Assembly (NCBI GenBank): GCA_963783375.1
Contig: CAWANH010000017.1
Span: 87,163-151,162 of the forward strand
Length of the DNA: 64,000 nt
Direction of reading: 5' to 3'
From: Candidatus Eiseniibacteriota bacterium
GTDB taxonomy: Bacteria; Eisenbacteria; RBG-16-71-46; JABDJR01
Within the stretch, counting starts at the first letter, position 1. The number at the start of each line of letters is the position of its first letter. Made by a program: the position numbers and the translations under genes. The notes beneath the pieces were generated by a model, which did no database searches, was not told where the DNA came from, and saw only the letters and a program-made list of their open reading frames with translations. Of this stretch, positions 40,944 through 52,718 are shown piece after piece.

Positions 40944-43684
40944 TGGGCGGGGTGTGGATCGACGGCCGCGCCTACGCGGCGGAACCGGGGAAGAACCTCC
41001 TCGAGGTGGCGCTCTCCCGGGGCCACGACCTTCCGTACTTCTGCTGGCACCCCGCCCTGGGCTCGGTGGGGGCGTGCCGGCAGTGCGCGGTGAAGCAGTT
41101 CAAGGACGAGAACGACACCCGGGGCAAGCTGGTCATGGCCTGCATGACCCCGGCCGACGACGGGACGCGGATCTCCATCGCCGACCCCGAAGCCCGCAGG
41201 TTCCGGGCCTCGGTGATCGAGTGGCTGATGGTGAACCACCCCCACGACTGCCCGGTCTGCGACGAGGGAGGCGAGTGCCACCTTCAGGACATGACGGTGA
41301 TGAGCGGCCACGATTACCGCGAGTTCCGTTTCCTGAAGCGCACCCACCGGAACCAGAACCTCGGTCCCTTCGTGAATCACGAGATGAACCGTTGCATCGC
41401 CTGCTACCGGTGCGTGCGCTTCTACCGGGACTTTGCCGGAGGGCGGGACCTGAACGTCTTCGGCGCCCACGATTCGGTGTACTTCGGCCGCTATGAGGAC
41501 GGGACCCTCCAGAGTGAGTTCAGCGGGAACCTGGTCGAGGTCTGCCCCACCGGAGTCTTCACCGACAAGACCCTGAAGAGGCACTACACCCGGAAGTGGG
41601 ACCTCACCACCGCGCCCTCGATCTGCGCGCACTGCAGCCTGGGGTGCAACACCATTCCCGGCGAGCGCTACGGCGGGCTCCGCCGGATCCGGGCCCGCTA
41701 CAACGGCGAGGTGAACGGCTATTTCCTGTGCGATCGGGGCCGCTACGGTTACGAGTTCGTGAACGGGGAAGGCCGGATCCGGGAGCCGCTCTTCCCCCGG
41801 GGTCCGGACGAGCCGGCGGCGGGGGCCGGCAAGGAGGACGCCCTCGCCCGCCTGGCTCCGCTTTTCCGGGACCCGTCCCGGGTGATCGGAATCGGTTCGC
41901 CGCGGGCCTCCCTGGAGGGGAACCATGCGGTCCGGACCCTGGTCGGCCCGGAGCGATTCCATCAGGGGATCGGAAAGGACGAGGCCGCGCTCACCGCCCT
42001 GGCGGCGGAGATCCTCCGCCGGGGGCCGGCGAAATCGGTTTCCCTCCGGGAGATCGAGCGGGCGGACGCGGTCCTGGTCCTGGGCGAGGACGCCACCAAC
42101 ACCGCCCCCATGCTGGACCTGGCGCTTCGCCAGGCGGTGCGGCAACTGCCGATGAAGCGGGTGGACGCGATGAAGCTCCATCGTTGGCAGGACGCGGCCG
42201 TACGCGAGCTGGTGCAGGACGAGACGGGGCCGGTGACCGTGGTCACCCCCGCTCCCACCAAGCTCGATGGCGCGGTTCGCCGGGCGCTTCGGGCCGCGCC
42301 GGAGGACGTGGCCCGGCTGGGGTTCGCGGTGGCGCACGCGCTGGACCCCGCGGCGCCGGAGCCCCACGGGCTCCCGGACGCGCTGGCCGAGGCCGCGACG
42401 GCGATCGCCGGGGAACTTCGGGAAGCCGAGCGGCCGGTGGTGGTCGCGGGGACGAGCCTGGGGAGCGAGGCGGTGCTCCGGGCCGCGGGCGCGGTGGCTT
42501 CGGCCCTGGCCCGGGTGAAGGAGCGGCCGGGCCAGGGCCCCCGCCACCTGTTTCTCGTCGTCCCCGAGGCGAACAGCCTCGGCGCGGCCATGATGGGGGG
42601 GAGCCCCCTGGACGACGCCTTTGCCGCGGTCGAGGACGGGCGTGCGGACACGGTGGTGATTCTCGAGAACGATCTCTACCGCCGCGCCGATCCCGAGCGG
42701 GTGACCGCGTTCCTGGCCAAGGCGAAGCACGTGGTCGTGCTCGATTACCTGGCCCACGAGACCGGAGCCCGGGCCCAGGCGATCCTCCCCGCCGGCACCT
42801 TTGCCGAGGCCGACGGCACCCTGGTCAACAACGAGTCCCGAGCCCAGCGCTTCTTCCGGGTCTTCGCTCCTTCCGGCGCCGTCCAGGAGAGCTGGCGCTG
42901 GGTCCGGGACCTCCTCCACGCCGCCGGGCGGAAGGAGGGCGCCGCGTGGAAGAACCTGGACGGGATCATCCGCGACCTGGCCCACGGGATGCCGGAGTTC
43001 CGGCGGATCCCCGACGCCGCGCCCCCGGCCGGGTTCCGGGTGGCCGGCGCGCGCATTCCCCGGGAGCCCGCCCGATACAGCGGACGGACCGCCATGGGGG
43101 CCAACGTGGACGTGAGCGAGCCCAAGCCCCCCGAGGACCCCGACTCGGCCCTGAGCTTCACCATGGAGGGGTACGAGGGGCCGCCGCCGCCCGCGCTCCT
43201 CTCTCATCTCTGGGCTCCGGGGTGGAACTCCGTCCAGTCGTTGAACAAGTTCCAGGCCGAGGTGGGGGGACCGCTCCGGGAGGGCGATCCCGGGGTGCGT
43301 CTGATCGACCCCGGGGACGGCGGAAGGCCCGAGTACCCCGATCGCATTCCCGAGGCCTTCGCCCCGCGGGAGGGGATGTGGCGCCTGGCGCCCCTCCACC
43401 ACATCTTCGGCTCCGAGGAGCTCAGCATCCGCTCGCCGGGGGTGGCGGAGCGCGCCCCCGAGCCGTATCTGGCCCTCTGCCCCGAGGACGCGGCGGCGAT
43501 GGGCGCGGACGGCGAGGGCGCCCGGGTGACCGCGGACCTGGGCGGCGTCCCCCGCACCCTGCCGGTCCGGATCGTGCCCGGGCTTCCGAGGGGGACGGTG
43601 GGCGTGCCGGTGGGGCTTCCCGGGATGCCGTGGCTTCCCGCCGGCCTCCGGTGGATTTCCCTCCGCCCGGGAGGTGAGTCGTGA
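40943..43684 (+). CDS. nuoG: NADH-quinone oxidoreductase subunit G (long form)
   Basis: [39 protein letters not shown]; ATG overlaps the nuoF stop. Confidence 0.97.
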   Translation: MGGVWIDGRAYAAEPGKNLLEVALSRGHDLPYFCWHPALGSVGACRQCAVKQFKDENDTRGKLVMACMTPADDGTRISIADPEARRFRASVIEWLMVNHPHDCPVCDEGGECHLQDMTVMSGHDYREFRFLKRTHRNQNLGPFVNHEMNRCIACYRCVRFYRDFAGGRDLNVFGAHDSVYFGRYEDGTLQSEFSGNLVEVCPTGVFTDKTLKRHYTRKWDLTTAPSICAHCSLGCNTIPGERYGGLRRIRARYNGEVNGYFLCDRGRYGYEFVNGEGRIREPLFPRGPDEPAAGAGKEDALARLAPLFRDPSRVIGIGSPRASLEGNHAVRTLVGPERFHQGIGKDEAALTALAAEILRRGPAKSVSLREIERADAVLVLGEDATNTAPMLDLALRQAVRQLPMKRVDAMKLHRWQDAAVRELVQDETGPVTVVTPAPTKLDGAVRRALRAAPEDVARLGFAVAHALDPAAPEPHGLPDALAEAATAIAGELREAERPVVVAGTSLGSEAVLRAAGAVASALARVKERPGQGPRHLFLVVPEANSLGAAMMGGSPLDDAFAAVEDGRADTVVILENDLYRRADPERVTAFLAKAKHVVVLDYLAHETGARAQAILPAGTFAEADGTLVNNESRAQRFFRVFAPSGAVQESWRWVRDLLHAAGRKEGAAWKNLDGIIRDLAHGMPEFRRIPDAAPPAGFRVAGARIPREPARYSGRTAMGANVDVSEPKPPEDPDSALSFTMEGYEGPPPPALLSHLWAPGWNSVQSLNKFQAEVGGPLREGDPGVRLIDPGDGGRPEYPDRIPEAFAPREGMWRLAPLHHIFGSEELSIRSPGVAERAPEPYLALCPEDAAAMGADGEGARVTADLGGVPRTLPVRIVPGLPRGTVGVPVGLPGMPWLPAGLRWISLRPGGES

Positions 43685-44634
43685 GCCCGGTGCTGGCCGC
43701 GCTCGTGAACGTGGTGGGGGTGCTCCTGGTGGCCTTGACCCTGGCCGCGGGGCTCATCTGGCTGGAGCGGCGTCTCCTCGCCCTCTGGCAGGACCGCTAC
43801 GGGCCCAACCGGGTCGGCCCCTTCGGGCTCCTCCAGGTCGTGGCCGACATGATCAAGATCTTCATGAAGGAGGACTGGATTCCCCCCTTCGCCGACCGGG
43901 TGGTGTTCGTGATCGCGGCGGGGATCATCGTGGCCACCGTCCTCATGTCCTTCGCGATCCTGGCCGTGGCTCCGGGGATCGGGGTGGTGCCCGACCTCGA
44001 CATCGGGCTCCTGTTCTTCCTCGCCATGTCCTCGATGGGGGCCTACAGCGTGATCCTGGCCGGCTGGTCCTCGGACAACAAGTACGCGCTCCTCGGCGGC
44101 ATGCGTTCCGCCGCCCAGCTCATGAGCTACGAGGTCTTCATGGGGCTCTCGCTCATGGGGGTGGTGATCCTGGCCGGCTCCTTCAGCCTCAAGGACATCG
44201 TCCTGGCCCAGAGGGGGCTCTGGTTCGTGATCCCCCAGTTCTTCGGGTTCCTGGTCTTCATGATGGCGGGGCTGGCCGAGGCCCACCGCCTCCCCTTCGA
44301 CCTCCCCGAGGCCGAGGCGGAGCTGGTGGCCGGCTACCACTCCGAGTACTCGGGCATGAAGTTCGGGATGTTTTTCGTGGGGGAGTACCTGGGGATCGTC
44401 CTCATCTCCTCCCTCATCGTCAGCTTCTTCTTCGGGGGGTGGCTCGGCCCCTGGCTCCCCCCCGTCGTCTGGTTCCTGATCAAGACCTTCGCGTTCATCG
44501 CGGTGTTCATCCTCATCCGCGCCTCGCTCCCCAGACCCCGGTACGACCAGCTCATGGCCTTCGGGTGGAAGGTCATGCTGCCGGTGGCGCTGGTGAACCT
44601 CCTGGTCACCGGCGCGGTGGTGCTGGCGCGATGA
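43681..44634 (+). CDS. nuoH: NADH-quinone oxidoreductase subunit H
   Basis: [26 protein letters not shown]...EYSG, PRPRYDQ. Confidence 0.97.
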   Translation: MSPVLAALVNVVGVLLVALTLAAGLIWLERRLLALWQDRYGPNRVGPFGLLQVVADMIKIFMKEDWIPPFADRVVFVIAAGIIVATVLMSFAILAVAPGIGVVPDLDIGLLFFLAMSSMGAYSVILAGWSSDNKYALLGGMRSAAQLMSYEVFMGLSLMGVVILAGSFSLKDIVLAQRGLWFVIPQFFGFLVFMMAGLAEAHRLPFDLPEAEAELVAGYHSEYSGMKFGMFFVGEYLGIVLISSLIVSFFFGGWLGPWLPPVVWFLIKTFAFIAVFILIRASLPRPRYDQLMAFGWKVMLPVALVNLLVTGAVVLAR

Positions 44635-44692
44635 GGGGGGCACGCGCGTTCGGCGCGGGGAAGCGAGGCGTCACGACCCAAGGCGGAGGCCC

Positions 44693-45208
44693 ATGTTCAG
44701 CTCGTTGAGAACCATCTGGATCGTTCTCCTCCACATGTTCCACAAGCGGGAGACGATCCTCTACCCGGAGGAGAAGGCGGCGCCGCCGCCCCGCTGGCGG
44801 GGGCGCATCATCCTTTCCCGCGATCCCGACGGGCGGGAGCGGTGCGTGGGTTGCTACCTCTGCGCGGTGGCCTGCCCCGTGGATTGCATCGCGCTCCAGG
44901 CCACCGAGGACGAGAGCGGCCGGCGCTACCCCGAGTACTTCCGGATCAACTTCTCGCGCTGCATCTTCTGCGGCATGTGCGAGGAGGCCTGTCCGACCTA
45001 CGCCATCCAGCTCACCCCCGATTTCGAGATGGGGGAGTACGAGCGGAAGAACCTGGTTTACGAGAAGGAGGACCTGACGATCAGCGGCCCGGGGAAATAC
45101 CCCGGGTACAACTTCTATCGAGTGGCCGGCCTCGGAATCGGGGGCAAGGACAAGGGCGAGGCGGAGAACGAGGCCCCGCCGGTGGACGTCCGCACCCTGA
45201 TGCCCTAG
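44693..45208 (+). CDS. nuoI: NADH-quinone oxidoreductase subunit I
   Basis: Two CxxCxxCxxxCP motifs. Confidence 0.97.
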   Translation: MFSSLRTIWIVLLHMFHKRETILYPEEKAAPPPRWRGRIILSRDPDGRERCVGCYLCAVACPVDCIALQATEDESGRRYPEYFRINFSRCIFCGMCEEACPTYAIQLTPDFEMGEYERKNLVYEKEDLTISGPGKYPGYNFYRVAGLGIGGKDKGEAENEAPPVDVRTLMP

Positions 45209-45220
45209 AAACAACCGCCC

Positions 45221-45730
45221 ATGAACGTGCTCTTCTACATCGCGTCCGCCGTGGCGGTGATCGCCACCCTGATGGTGATCTCCCGCGCCCACCCGGTCCA
45301 CGCGCTCCTCTACTTCGTGGTGTCGCTGTTCGCGGTGGCGGTCATCTTCTTCACCCTGGGGGCGCCCTTCGTGGCCGCCCTGGAGGTCGTGGTGTACGCG
45401 GGGGCGATCGTCGTGATGTTCGTGTTCGTGGTCATGCTCCTGAACCTCGGGCCGGCCAGCTCCGAGGAACGGGCGCGGATTCTCGCCGCCCGGGTCTGGA
45501 TCGGCCCGGCGGCGCTGGCCGCGATCCTCGCCGTCGAGCTGGCGGTCATCTTCGCCCGGAACGGCGGCGCCGTCGGCTCGGCCGCGGTTCCCCCCAAGGC
45601 GGTGGGGCTGGCGCTCTTCGGCCCCTACCTCTTGGGGGTGGAGCTGGCCTCGATGCTCCTGCTGGCCGGCCTGGTGGGGGCCTACCACCTCGGCCGCCGG
45701 GCCGGGAAGGGGGAGGGGTCCCGGCCATGA
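45221..45730 (+). CDS. nuoJ: NADH-quinone oxidoreductase subunit J
   Basis: VYAGAI.V.FVFVVMLL, ELASMLLL. Confidence 0.95.
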   Translation: MNVLFYIASAVAVIATLMVISRAHPVHALLYFVVSLFAVAVIFFTLGAPFVAALEVVVYAGAIVVMFVFVVMLLNLGPASSEERARILAARVWIGPAALAAILAVELAVIFARNGGAVGSAAVPPKAVGLALFGPYLLGVELASMLLLAGLVGAYHLGRRAGKGEGSRP

Positions 45731-46035
45731 CCACCGTCCCCGTCTCCCACGTTCTCTTCGTGGCCTCGATCCTCTTCGCCCTGGGAACCGTGGGGCTCCT
45801 GGTCCGGCGGAACGTCATCTTCATGCTGGTGGCGGTCGAGATCATGCTGAACGCGGCGGGGTTGGCGTTCGTGGCCGCCGGGTCCCACTGGGGGCAGGCG
45901 GACGGGCAGGTGATGTTCCTGTTCATTCTGGCCATGGCCGCGGCCGAGGTCTCGGTGGGGCTGGCCCTGGTGCTCCAGCTCTACCAGCACAAGAAGACCC
46001 TGGACTCCGACCGCGCCGATACGCTGAGAGGTTGA
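45727..46035 (+). CDS. nuoK: NADH-quinone oxidoreductase subunit K
   Basis: RRN..FML..VEIMLN, AAAEVSVGLAL. Confidence 0.96.
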   Translation: MTTVPVSHVLFVASILFALGTVGLLVRRNVIFMLVAVEIMLNAAGLAFVAAGSHWGQADGQVMFLFILAMAAAEVSVGLALVLQLYQHKKTLDSDRADTLRG

Positions 46036-46036
46036 G

Positions 46037-47935
46037 GTGTACGAACTCCTGTGGCTCCTGCCGGCCCTCCCCTTCGCCGGGTTCCTGATCCTGGCGCTGG
46101 GGGGAGCGCGCCTCCCCAAGCCGGCGGCGGCGGTGGTGGGCGCGGGCTCGGTGGGGGGCTCCGCGCTCCTCACCGTGGCCATGGCCCTCGGGTTCTTCTT
46201 CGGCGCGGGGCCCGCCGGCCATGCCTTCACCCAGACCCTGTGGAGCTGGATTCCGGTGAACGGGTTCCGGCCGGACATCGCCTTCACCCTGGATCCGCTC
46301 TCCATGATCATGTGCCTGGTGGTCACCGGGGTGGGGTTCCTGATCCACCTCTACTCCACCGAGTTCATGCTCGACGACGCGGATTACGGCCGGTTCTTCG
46401 CCTACATGAACCTCTTCGTGGGCTCGATGCTGGTGCTGGTCCTGGCCGACAACCTGCTCCTCTTGTACCTGGGGTGGGAAGGGGTCGGGCTCTGCAGCTA
46501 CCTCTTGATCGGGTTCTGGTACAAGGACCCCGCCAACGGCCGGGCGGCCCGGAAGGCGTTCATCGTGACCCGGGTCGGCGACGCGGCCATGGCGATCGGG
46601 CTCTTCCTTCTCTTCACCCGCCTGGGGACGTTCAACATCCAGGATCTCATGGCCCGGGCCGCCGAGGCCTGGCCGGTGGGGAGCGGGGTGGCGGCGGCGG
46701 CCGCGCTGTTGCTCCTGGGGGGCGCGGTGGGGAAGTCGGCCCAGCTGCCGCTCCAGACCTGGCTCCCCGACGCCATGGCCGGCCCCACCCCGGTCTCGGC
46801 CCTGATCCACGCCGCCACCATGGTCACCGCCGGCGTGTACCTGATCGCCCGCACCCACGTTCTCTTCGCGCTCGCGCCCGCGGTGATGACGGTGGTGGCG
46901 ATCGTGGGCGCGGCCACCCTGATGGTGGCCGGGTTCGCGGCCCTCGGCCAGCGGGACATCAAGCGCGTTCTCGCCTACTCCACCATCAGCCAGCTCGGAT
47001 ACATGTTCCTGGCCCTGGGGGTGGGCGCGTGGTCCGCGGCCGTCTTCCACCTCATGATCCACGCCTTCTTCAAGGCGCTTCTCTTCCTGGGCGCGGGGGC
47101 GGTCATCCTCGCCCTTCACCACGAGCACGACATGTTCAAGATGGGTGGGCTCCGCAAGGAGCTTCCCGTCACCTTCTGGACCTTCATCGTGGCCGGGGCC
47201 GCGCTCTCGGGCTTTCCCCTGGTCACCGCCGGGTTCTACAGCAAGGACCTGATCCTGTGGGACGCGTGGTCCTCGGGGCAGGGGAGTCCGTGGCTCTGGG
47301 CGGCGGGTTGGTTCGGCGCGTTCGTCACCGCCATCTACACCTTCCGTCTCATCTTCATCACGTTCTTCGGAGAGGCCAGGACCCCGGTGACCCGCCGTCC
47401 GCGCTGGCGGATCAAGACCGTGCTCATCGTGCTGGGGGTGCTCTCGGTGATCGCCGGGTTCGTGGAGATGCCGCGGACCCTGGGGGGCTTCGATCCGTTC
47501 TCGCGGTTCCTGGGCCCGGTGTTCCCCCTCTCCCACGAAGGGCACGCGCCGCTCGGCACCGAGGCTCTGTTCCAGCTTCTGGCCGCCGTCGCCGCCCTGG
47601 GAGGGATCTACCTGGCCTGGCTCTGGTTCCTGAAGCGGCGCGACCCCGAGGACGACCAGGGGCGGCTCCCCATGGTGAGCCCCGGCCTCCACCGGTTCTT
47701 CGCTTCCGGACTCGGCTTCGACGCCCTCTACCAGGCGCTCTTCGTCCAGCCCTTTCTCTGGATCACCCGGGTCAACCGCGGCGACGTCATCGACCGGATC
47801 TACGCCGCCCTGGCCTGGCTGGTCCGCGGTTTCCATCTCGGGCTCCGGGCCACCGAAAACGGACGACTCCGCTGGTACGCGACCGGCATCGTGGTCGGCT
47901 CGGTGGTCGTGCTCGCGGTCATGGTGTACCTATGA
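46037..47935 (+). CDS. nuoL: NADH-quinone oxidoreductase subunit L
   Basis: GWEGVGLCSY, GKSAQLPLQTWLPDAMAGPTPVSALIHAATMV. Confidence 0.97.
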   Translation: MYELLWLLPALPFAGFLILALGGARLPKPAAAVVGAGSVGGSALLTVAMALGFFFGAGPAGHAFTQTLWSWIPVNGFRPDIAFTLDPLSMIMCLVVTGVGFLIHLYSTEFMLDDADYGRFFAYMNLFVGSMLVLVLADNLLLLYLGWEGVGLCSYLLIGFWYKDPANGRAARKAFIVTRVGDAAMAIGLFLLFTRLGTFNIQDLMARAAEAWPVGSGVAAAAALLLLGGAVGKSAQLPLQTWLPDAMAGPTPVSALIHAATMVTAGVYLIARTHVLFALAPAVMTVVAIVGAATLMVAGFAALGQRDIKRVLAYSTISQLGYMFLALGVGAWSAAVFHLMIHAFFKALLFLGAGAVILALHHEHDMFKMGGLRKELPVTFWTFIVAGAALSGFPLVTAGFYSKDLILWDAWSSGQGSPWLWAAGWFGAFVTAIYTFRLIFITFFGEARTPVTRRPRWRIKTVLIVLGVLSVIAGFVEMPRTLGGFDPFSRFLGPVFPLSHEGHAPLGTEALFQLLAAVAALGGIYLAWLWFLKRRDPEDDQGRLPMVSPGLHRFFASGLGFDALYQALFVQPFLWITRVNRGDVIDRIYAALAWLVRGFHLGLRATENGRLRWYATGIVVGSVVVLAVMVYL

Positions 47936-49416
47936 TGCTCTTCTGGCTGATCGCCGTGCTCCTCGTCGGCGGCCTCCTGGCCTGGGTGGCCGGGAAGGCG
48001 AACGCGGCCGCGGCCCGGTGGATCTCCCTGGCCGCCCTCACCGTGGATCTGGTGCTGGTGGTGCTCCTCTGGACCCGATCGCCCGGCGTCCGGCTTCACC
48101 TTGCCGGAAACGAGCGATGGATGGCCGAGCTCGCCCGGCCCTGGATCCCCGCCTTCGGGATCGGCTTCCACCTGGGGATGGACGGGCTGAGCTACCTCAT
48201 GGTGGCGCTCACCGTCGTCCTGGGGTTCCTCGCGGTCGGGGTGTCCTGGACGGAGATCGAAGAGCGCGTGGGGTTCTTCCACTTCAACCTGCTCTGGATC
48301 CTGGCCGGGGTGATCGGGGTGTTCCTGGCCCTGGACCTCTTCCTCTTCTACTTCTTCTGGGAAGTCATGCTCATCCCCATGTACTTCCTCATCGCCATCT
48401 GGGGCCACGAGAACCGGATCTACGCCTCGATCAAGTTCTTCCTCTTCACCCAGGCCAGCGGGCTCCTCATGTTCCTCGCGATCCTGGGGCTCTACTTCAT
48501 CCACGGCCGGGCCACCGGGACCTACACCTTCGACTACGAAGCGCTGCTGGGGACCCCGGTCAGCGGGGCGGCGGCGATGTGGCTCATGCTGGGGTTCTTC
48601 GCCGCCTTCGCGGTGAAGCTCCCGGCGGTGCCGTTTCACACCTGGCTCCCCGACGCCCACACCGAGGCGCCCACCGCGGGGAGCGTGGTTCTGGCCGGGC
48701 TGATGCTGAAGACCGGGGCCTACGGACTTCTCCGCTTCGCGGTGCCGCTCTTCCCCGAGGCCTCGGCCCGCTTCGCCCCGGTGGCCATGGCCCTGGGGGT
48801 GGCGGGGATCATCTACGGCGCGCTCCTCGCCTTCGGCCAGACCGATCTCAAGCGCCTGGTGGCCTACACCAGCGTCAGCCACCTGGGGTTCGTGCTCCTC
48901 GGGATCTACGCCTGGAACGCCCTGGCCCTTCAGGGGGTGGTGATGCAGATGATCTGCCACGGCCTCTCCACCGGCGGACTCTTCATGCTGGTGGGGATGC
49001 TGTCGGAGCGGATCCACACCCGGGACCTCCGGAAGATGGGAGGGCTCTGGGCGACCGCGCCCCGGATGGGGGCGGTGGGCCTCTTCCTGGCCATGGCGTC
49101 CCTGGGGCTCCCGGGCCTGGGGAACTTCGTGGCCGAGATCCTGGTCCTGGTGGGGGCGTTCCAGGCGAGCGTCGTCTTGACCGTGCTCGCCACCTGCGGG
49201 CTGGTGGCGGCCACCATCTACTCGCTCCGGATCGTGGCCCGGGCCTTCCACGGGGAGAACACGCACTCCTGGAAGATCCCGGACCTGGGGGTCCGGGACA
49301 TGGCCGTGCTTGCGGTCACCCTCATCTTCCTGGTCTGGCTGGGGCTCTATCCGCGCCCGGTGCTCGACACCGCGGCGCCGGCCCTGAACCACCTCCAGGT
49401 CCTGGTCGGACGTTAG
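47932..49416 (+). CDS. nuoM: NADH-quinone oxidoreductase subunit M
   Basis: FWE.MLIPMY, PFHTWLPDAH.EAPTAGS, AYTSVSH. Confidence 0.97.
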   Translation: MMLFWLIAVLLVGGLLAWVAGKANAAAARWISLAALTVDLVLVVLLWTRSPGVRLHLAGNERWMAELARPWIPAFGIGFHLGMDGLSYLMVALTVVLGFLAVGVSWTEIEERVGFFHFNLLWILAGVIGVFLALDLFLFYFFWEVMLIPMYFLIAIWGHENRIYASIKFFLFTQASGLLMFLAILGLYFIHGRATGTYTFDYEALLGTPVSGAAAMWLMLGFFAAFAVKLPAVPFHTWLPDAHTEAPTAGSVVLAGLMLKTGAYGLLRFAVPLFPEASARFAPVAMALGVAGIIYGALLAFGQTDLKRLVAYTSVSHLGFVLLGIYAWNALALQGVVMQMICHGLSTGGLFMLVGMLSERIHTRDLRKMGGLWATAPRMGAVGLFLAMASLGLPGLGNFVAEILVLVGAFQASVVLTVLATCGLVAATIYSLRIVARAFHGENTHSWKIPDLGVRDMAVLAVTLIFLVWLGLYPRPVLDTAAPALNHLQVLVGR

Positions 49417-49426
49417 GAGAACCGTC

Positions 49427-50875
49427 GTGTCTGAGAACGCGCTCATCGCCACGCTTCCGCTCCTGATCCTCTCCGGAGGGACGGTGGTGGTGCTTCTGGC
49501 CGCGGCGTTCGTCCGGCGGCACGGGGCGGCGACCGCGCTCACCCTCCTCACCCTGGCCGGGGCGGCGGCGGCCCTCGTTCCCGCCTCCCGGGTCATGCCG
49601 GCGGCGATCACCCCGCTCCTGGTCCTCGACGGCTACGCCCTCTATTACCTGGGGCTCCTCCTGGCCACCTCGTTCGCGGTGACCCTCCTCGGCCACGGCT
49701 ACCTGGCCCGCCGGAGCGAAGAGCGGGAGGAGTTCTACGTGCTTCTCCTGACCGCCACCCTGGGGTCGGCGGTCCTGGTGATGAGCAGCCACTTCGCCTC
49801 GTTCTTCCTGGGACTGGAGACCTTGAGCGTGAGCCTGTACGGCCTGGTGGCCTACACCCGGACCGAGGAGCGGTCGGTGGAGGCGGGGATCAAGTACCTG
49901 GTGCTGGCCGGAGCGTCCTCGGCGTTCCTGCTCTTCGGCATGGCCCTCATCTACACCGATCTCGGGAGCCTGGCCTTCCGGCCCATGGCCGCGCTCCTGG
50001 CCTCGAACGCGGCCCGCCCCGGCGCCAACGCCCTCATGCTTCCCGGGTTGGCCCTGATCCTGGTGGGGGTCGGCTTCAAGCTCGGCCTGGTCCCCTTCCA
50101 CATGTGGACCCCCGACGTGTACGAGGGGGCGCCGGCCCCGGTCACCGCGTTCCTGGCCACCGCGTCCAAGGGGGCCATGTTCGCCCTCATGCTTCGCTAT
50201 TTCCGGGGGCTCGGGGACTTCGGGTCGGAGCCGATCGTCCTCGCCTTCACCCTTCTCGCCATCGCCTCGATGCTCACCGGGAACCTCCTGGCCCTCCTCC
50301 AGCGGAACGTGAAGCGGATCCTGGCCTACTCGTCCATCGGCCACCTCGGCTACCTCCTGGTGGCGTTCCTCGCCGCCGGGGACCTGGCCGCGGGCGCGGT
50401 GACCTTCTACCTGACCGCCTACTTCATCACCACCCTCATCGCCTTCGGGGTGGTGAGCGTGGTCTCGGACGGGGAGACCGAGGCGGACGACATCGACGAC
50501 TACCGCGGCCTCTACTGGCGAAGGCCCTGGCTTGCCGCCCTCATGACCGCGGCGCTCTTTTCCCTGGCCGGGATTCCCCTCACCGCGGGCTTCCTGGGGA
50601 AATACTACGTGCTCGCCGCCGGCATCCAGTCCTCGTTCTGGGTTCTCGCCCTGGTTCTGGTGGCGTCGAGCGTCATCGGCCTCTTCTACTACCTGCGCGT
50701 GGTGGTGGCCATGGTGTCCGCCCCGTCCGAGGCTCCCACGCCGCGCGCCGCCGCCCGCGTGCCGCTGGCCGGGGGCCTGGCCCTGGCCGTCCTCGGTGTC
50801 CTCATCCTGTGGTTCGGGGTGTACCCCGCGCCCCTCATCCACGTCATCCGGACCGCGATGGCCGGCCTCAGCTGA
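49427..50875 (+). CDS. nuoN: NADH-quinone oxidoreductase subunit N
   Basis: EAGIKY, FKL..VPFH.WTPDVYEGAP, LAGIPLTAGF.GK. Confidence 0.97.
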   Translation: MSENALIATLPLLILSGGTVVVLLAAAFVRRHGAATALTLLTLAGAAAALVPASRVMPAAITPLLVLDGYALYYLGLLLATSFAVTLLGHGYLARRSEEREEFYVLLLTATLGSAVLVMSSHFASFFLGLETLSVSLYGLVAYTRTEERSVEAGIKYLVLAGASSAFLLFGMALIYTDLGSLAFRPMAALLASNAARPGANALMLPGLALILVGVGFKLGLVPFHMWTPDVYEGAPAPVTAFLATASKGAMFALMLRYFRGLGDFGSEPIVLAFTLLAIASMLTGNLLALLQRNVKRILAYSSIGHLGYLLVAFLAAGDLAAGAVTFYLTAYFITTLIAFGVVSVVSDGETEADDIDDYRGLYWRRPWLAALMTAALFSLAGIPLTAGFLGKYYVLAAGIQSSFWVLALVLVASSVIGLFYYLRVVVAMVSAPSEAPTPRAAARVPLAGGLALAVLGVLILWFGVYPAPLIHVIRTAMAGLS

Positions 50876-51122
50876 CCGGGACGGCCCCGGGTGGCAATCG
50901 GCTCGGGGGCTCGGATCGGCCGAGGCGGGGAAACGCTTCCGGAAACGGGGTGAGGCCCGGCGCGGTCTGCTTTACAATGCCCGGGATTCCTGTCGTGGCT
51001 CGCGCCCCCGGCGGTTTCCGGACCTCCGCGGCCCGCGGCTTCACGCGCTTCGGCGCCGGATGCCCGTGCGCTCTCCGACCGCCGGCCGCCTTCCGTCACC
51101 CCTCAACTGGAGGTCGTTGCCC

Positions 51123-52667
51123 ATGGGCGGGTTGACTCTCTACGTGGTTGTCTCGATCTCCGGGGCCTCGATCCTGGCCATCGAGATCCTGGGCACCCGG
51201 ATCCTCGGCCCGTTCTACGGGGTGAGCCTCTTCCTGTGGTCCGCGCTCATCAGCGTGACCCTGGCCGCCCTGGCCGTGGGCTACGCCCTGGGCGGGCGCT
51301 GGGCGGACCGGGGCCCCAGGATGGCCCGGCTGGCCTGGGTGCTCGCCCTGGCCGGGATCTGGATGGTGCTCATCCCCTGGATCCGGAGGCCGGTGCTCCT
51401 CCTGGTCGAGCCGATGGGCCTTCGCGCCGCGGTCCTCTCGGCCGCCCTCGTGCTCTTCGCCCCGCCGCTCACCCTTCTCGGCATGGTCTCCCCCTACGCG
51501 ATCAAGCTCCGCACCCACAGCCTGGGAGAGGTGGGGCGGACCGCCGGCGACATCTACGCGGTCTCCACCGTGGCCAGCGTGGTGGCCGCGCTTCTCACCG
51601 GGTTCGTGCTGATACCCAATGTGGGGGTGCGCCGGCTCACCGTGCTGGTCGGGATTATCCTGCTCCTGGGGGCGGCGCTCAGCCTCCTGGCCGGCCGCCG
51701 CCAGCGAGGGAACGCGGTACTCGCCGTCGTCCTGTTCGCGGCGGGATTCGGGGGGCTCTGGTTCCTGCCCCGGGTCGCGCCTCGTTCCCACGGTCCGCTC
51801 CTCGCGGTCACCCAGAGCCCCTACGCGGAGATCCGGGTCGTGGACAAGAACGGGGACCGGTTCCTCCTGATCGACGGCAGCGCCCACACCTTCGTGAATC
51901 CCGAGACCTGGGAGTCCTACTACCGTTATGTGGTGGCCCTCGACGTGGCCAAGATGCTCTTTCCCGAACCGGGAAAGGCCCTGGTCATCGGGCTCGGAGG
52001 CGGCTCGGTGGTGAAGGATCTCGCCAAGTCCCACTGGAAGGTGGACGCGGTGGAGATCGATCCCGAGGTCGTACGCCTGGCCGGGGAGTACTTCGGCCTG
52101 AAACCCGAGGAGGGTTCGGTCTACCGCATGGACGGCCGCCGATTCCTCCTCACCCACGACGATCCGTACGATTTCGTGGTCATGGACGCCTTCGGGAGCA
52201 GCCAGGTCCCGTTTCATCTCATCACCCGGGAATATTTCGGCCTGGTGAAGGCCCACCTCTCGCCGGACGGGATCTTCGCTCTCAACCTGGAGACCCGGGA
52301 CTGGCACGACGTGATCGTCCGGTCGGTGGCGGCCACCTTGAAGCAGGAGTTCGCCCACGTGGTGGCCCTTCCCACCCAGGAGCCTCCGAACACCCTGGGC
52401 AACGTGGTGCTCCTGGCCTCGGACCGGAAGATGGAGTTGACCGACGACGCCATCCCGCGCCCGGTGGAATTCCTGTACGACGATTACCTGCACTGGATGG
52501 TGGTGCAGATGAACCACGCATGGGACAACCGGTTCGAGCCGAATACGGCGGGAGTTCCCGTCCTCACCGACGATCTGAACCCGGTCGACGTGTGGGGGGA
52601 GGAGATCAACCTCGCGGCGCGCCGGGAGCTGCATCGCTACTTCGATCCCAGGGACCTGAGCTGGTAG
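51123..52667 (+). CDS. Fused membrane domain / spermidine synthase-like SAM-dependent transferase
   Basis: About 7 TMs (E....R.L.P.YG.S...W, G..YA.ST) then IGLGGGS, VEIDP, DGR.FL, DAF, LTDD.NP. Confidence 0.88.
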   Translation: MGGLTLYVVVSISGASILAIEILGTRILGPFYGVSLFLWSALISVTLAALAVGYALGGRWADRGPRMARLAWVLALAGIWMVLIPWIRRPVLLLVEPMGLRAAVLSAALVLFAPPLTLLGMVSPYAIKLRTHSLGEVGRTAGDIYAVSTVASVVAALLTGFVLIPNVGVRRLTVLVGIILLLGAALSLLAGRRQRGNAVLAVVLFAAGFGGLWFLPRVAPRSHGPLLAVTQSPYAEIRVVDKNGDRFLLIDGSAHTFVNPETWESYYRYVVALDVAKMLFPEPGKALVIGLGGGSVVKDLAKSHWKVDAVEIDPEVVRLAGEYFGLKPEEGSVYRMDGRRFLLTHDDPYDFVVMDAFGSSQVPFHLITREYFGLVKAHLSPDGIFALNLETRDWHDVIVRSVAATLKQEFAHVVALPTQEPPNTLGNVVLLASDRKMELTDDAIPRPVEFLYDDYLHWMVVQMNHAWDNRFEPNTAGVPVLTDDLNPVDVWGEEINLAARRELHRYFDPRDLSW

Positions 52668-52718
52668 GCCGCGTCCGTCCGTAGGGGACGGCGGCGGGCA
52701 ATCGCGGCCCGGGCGGGG

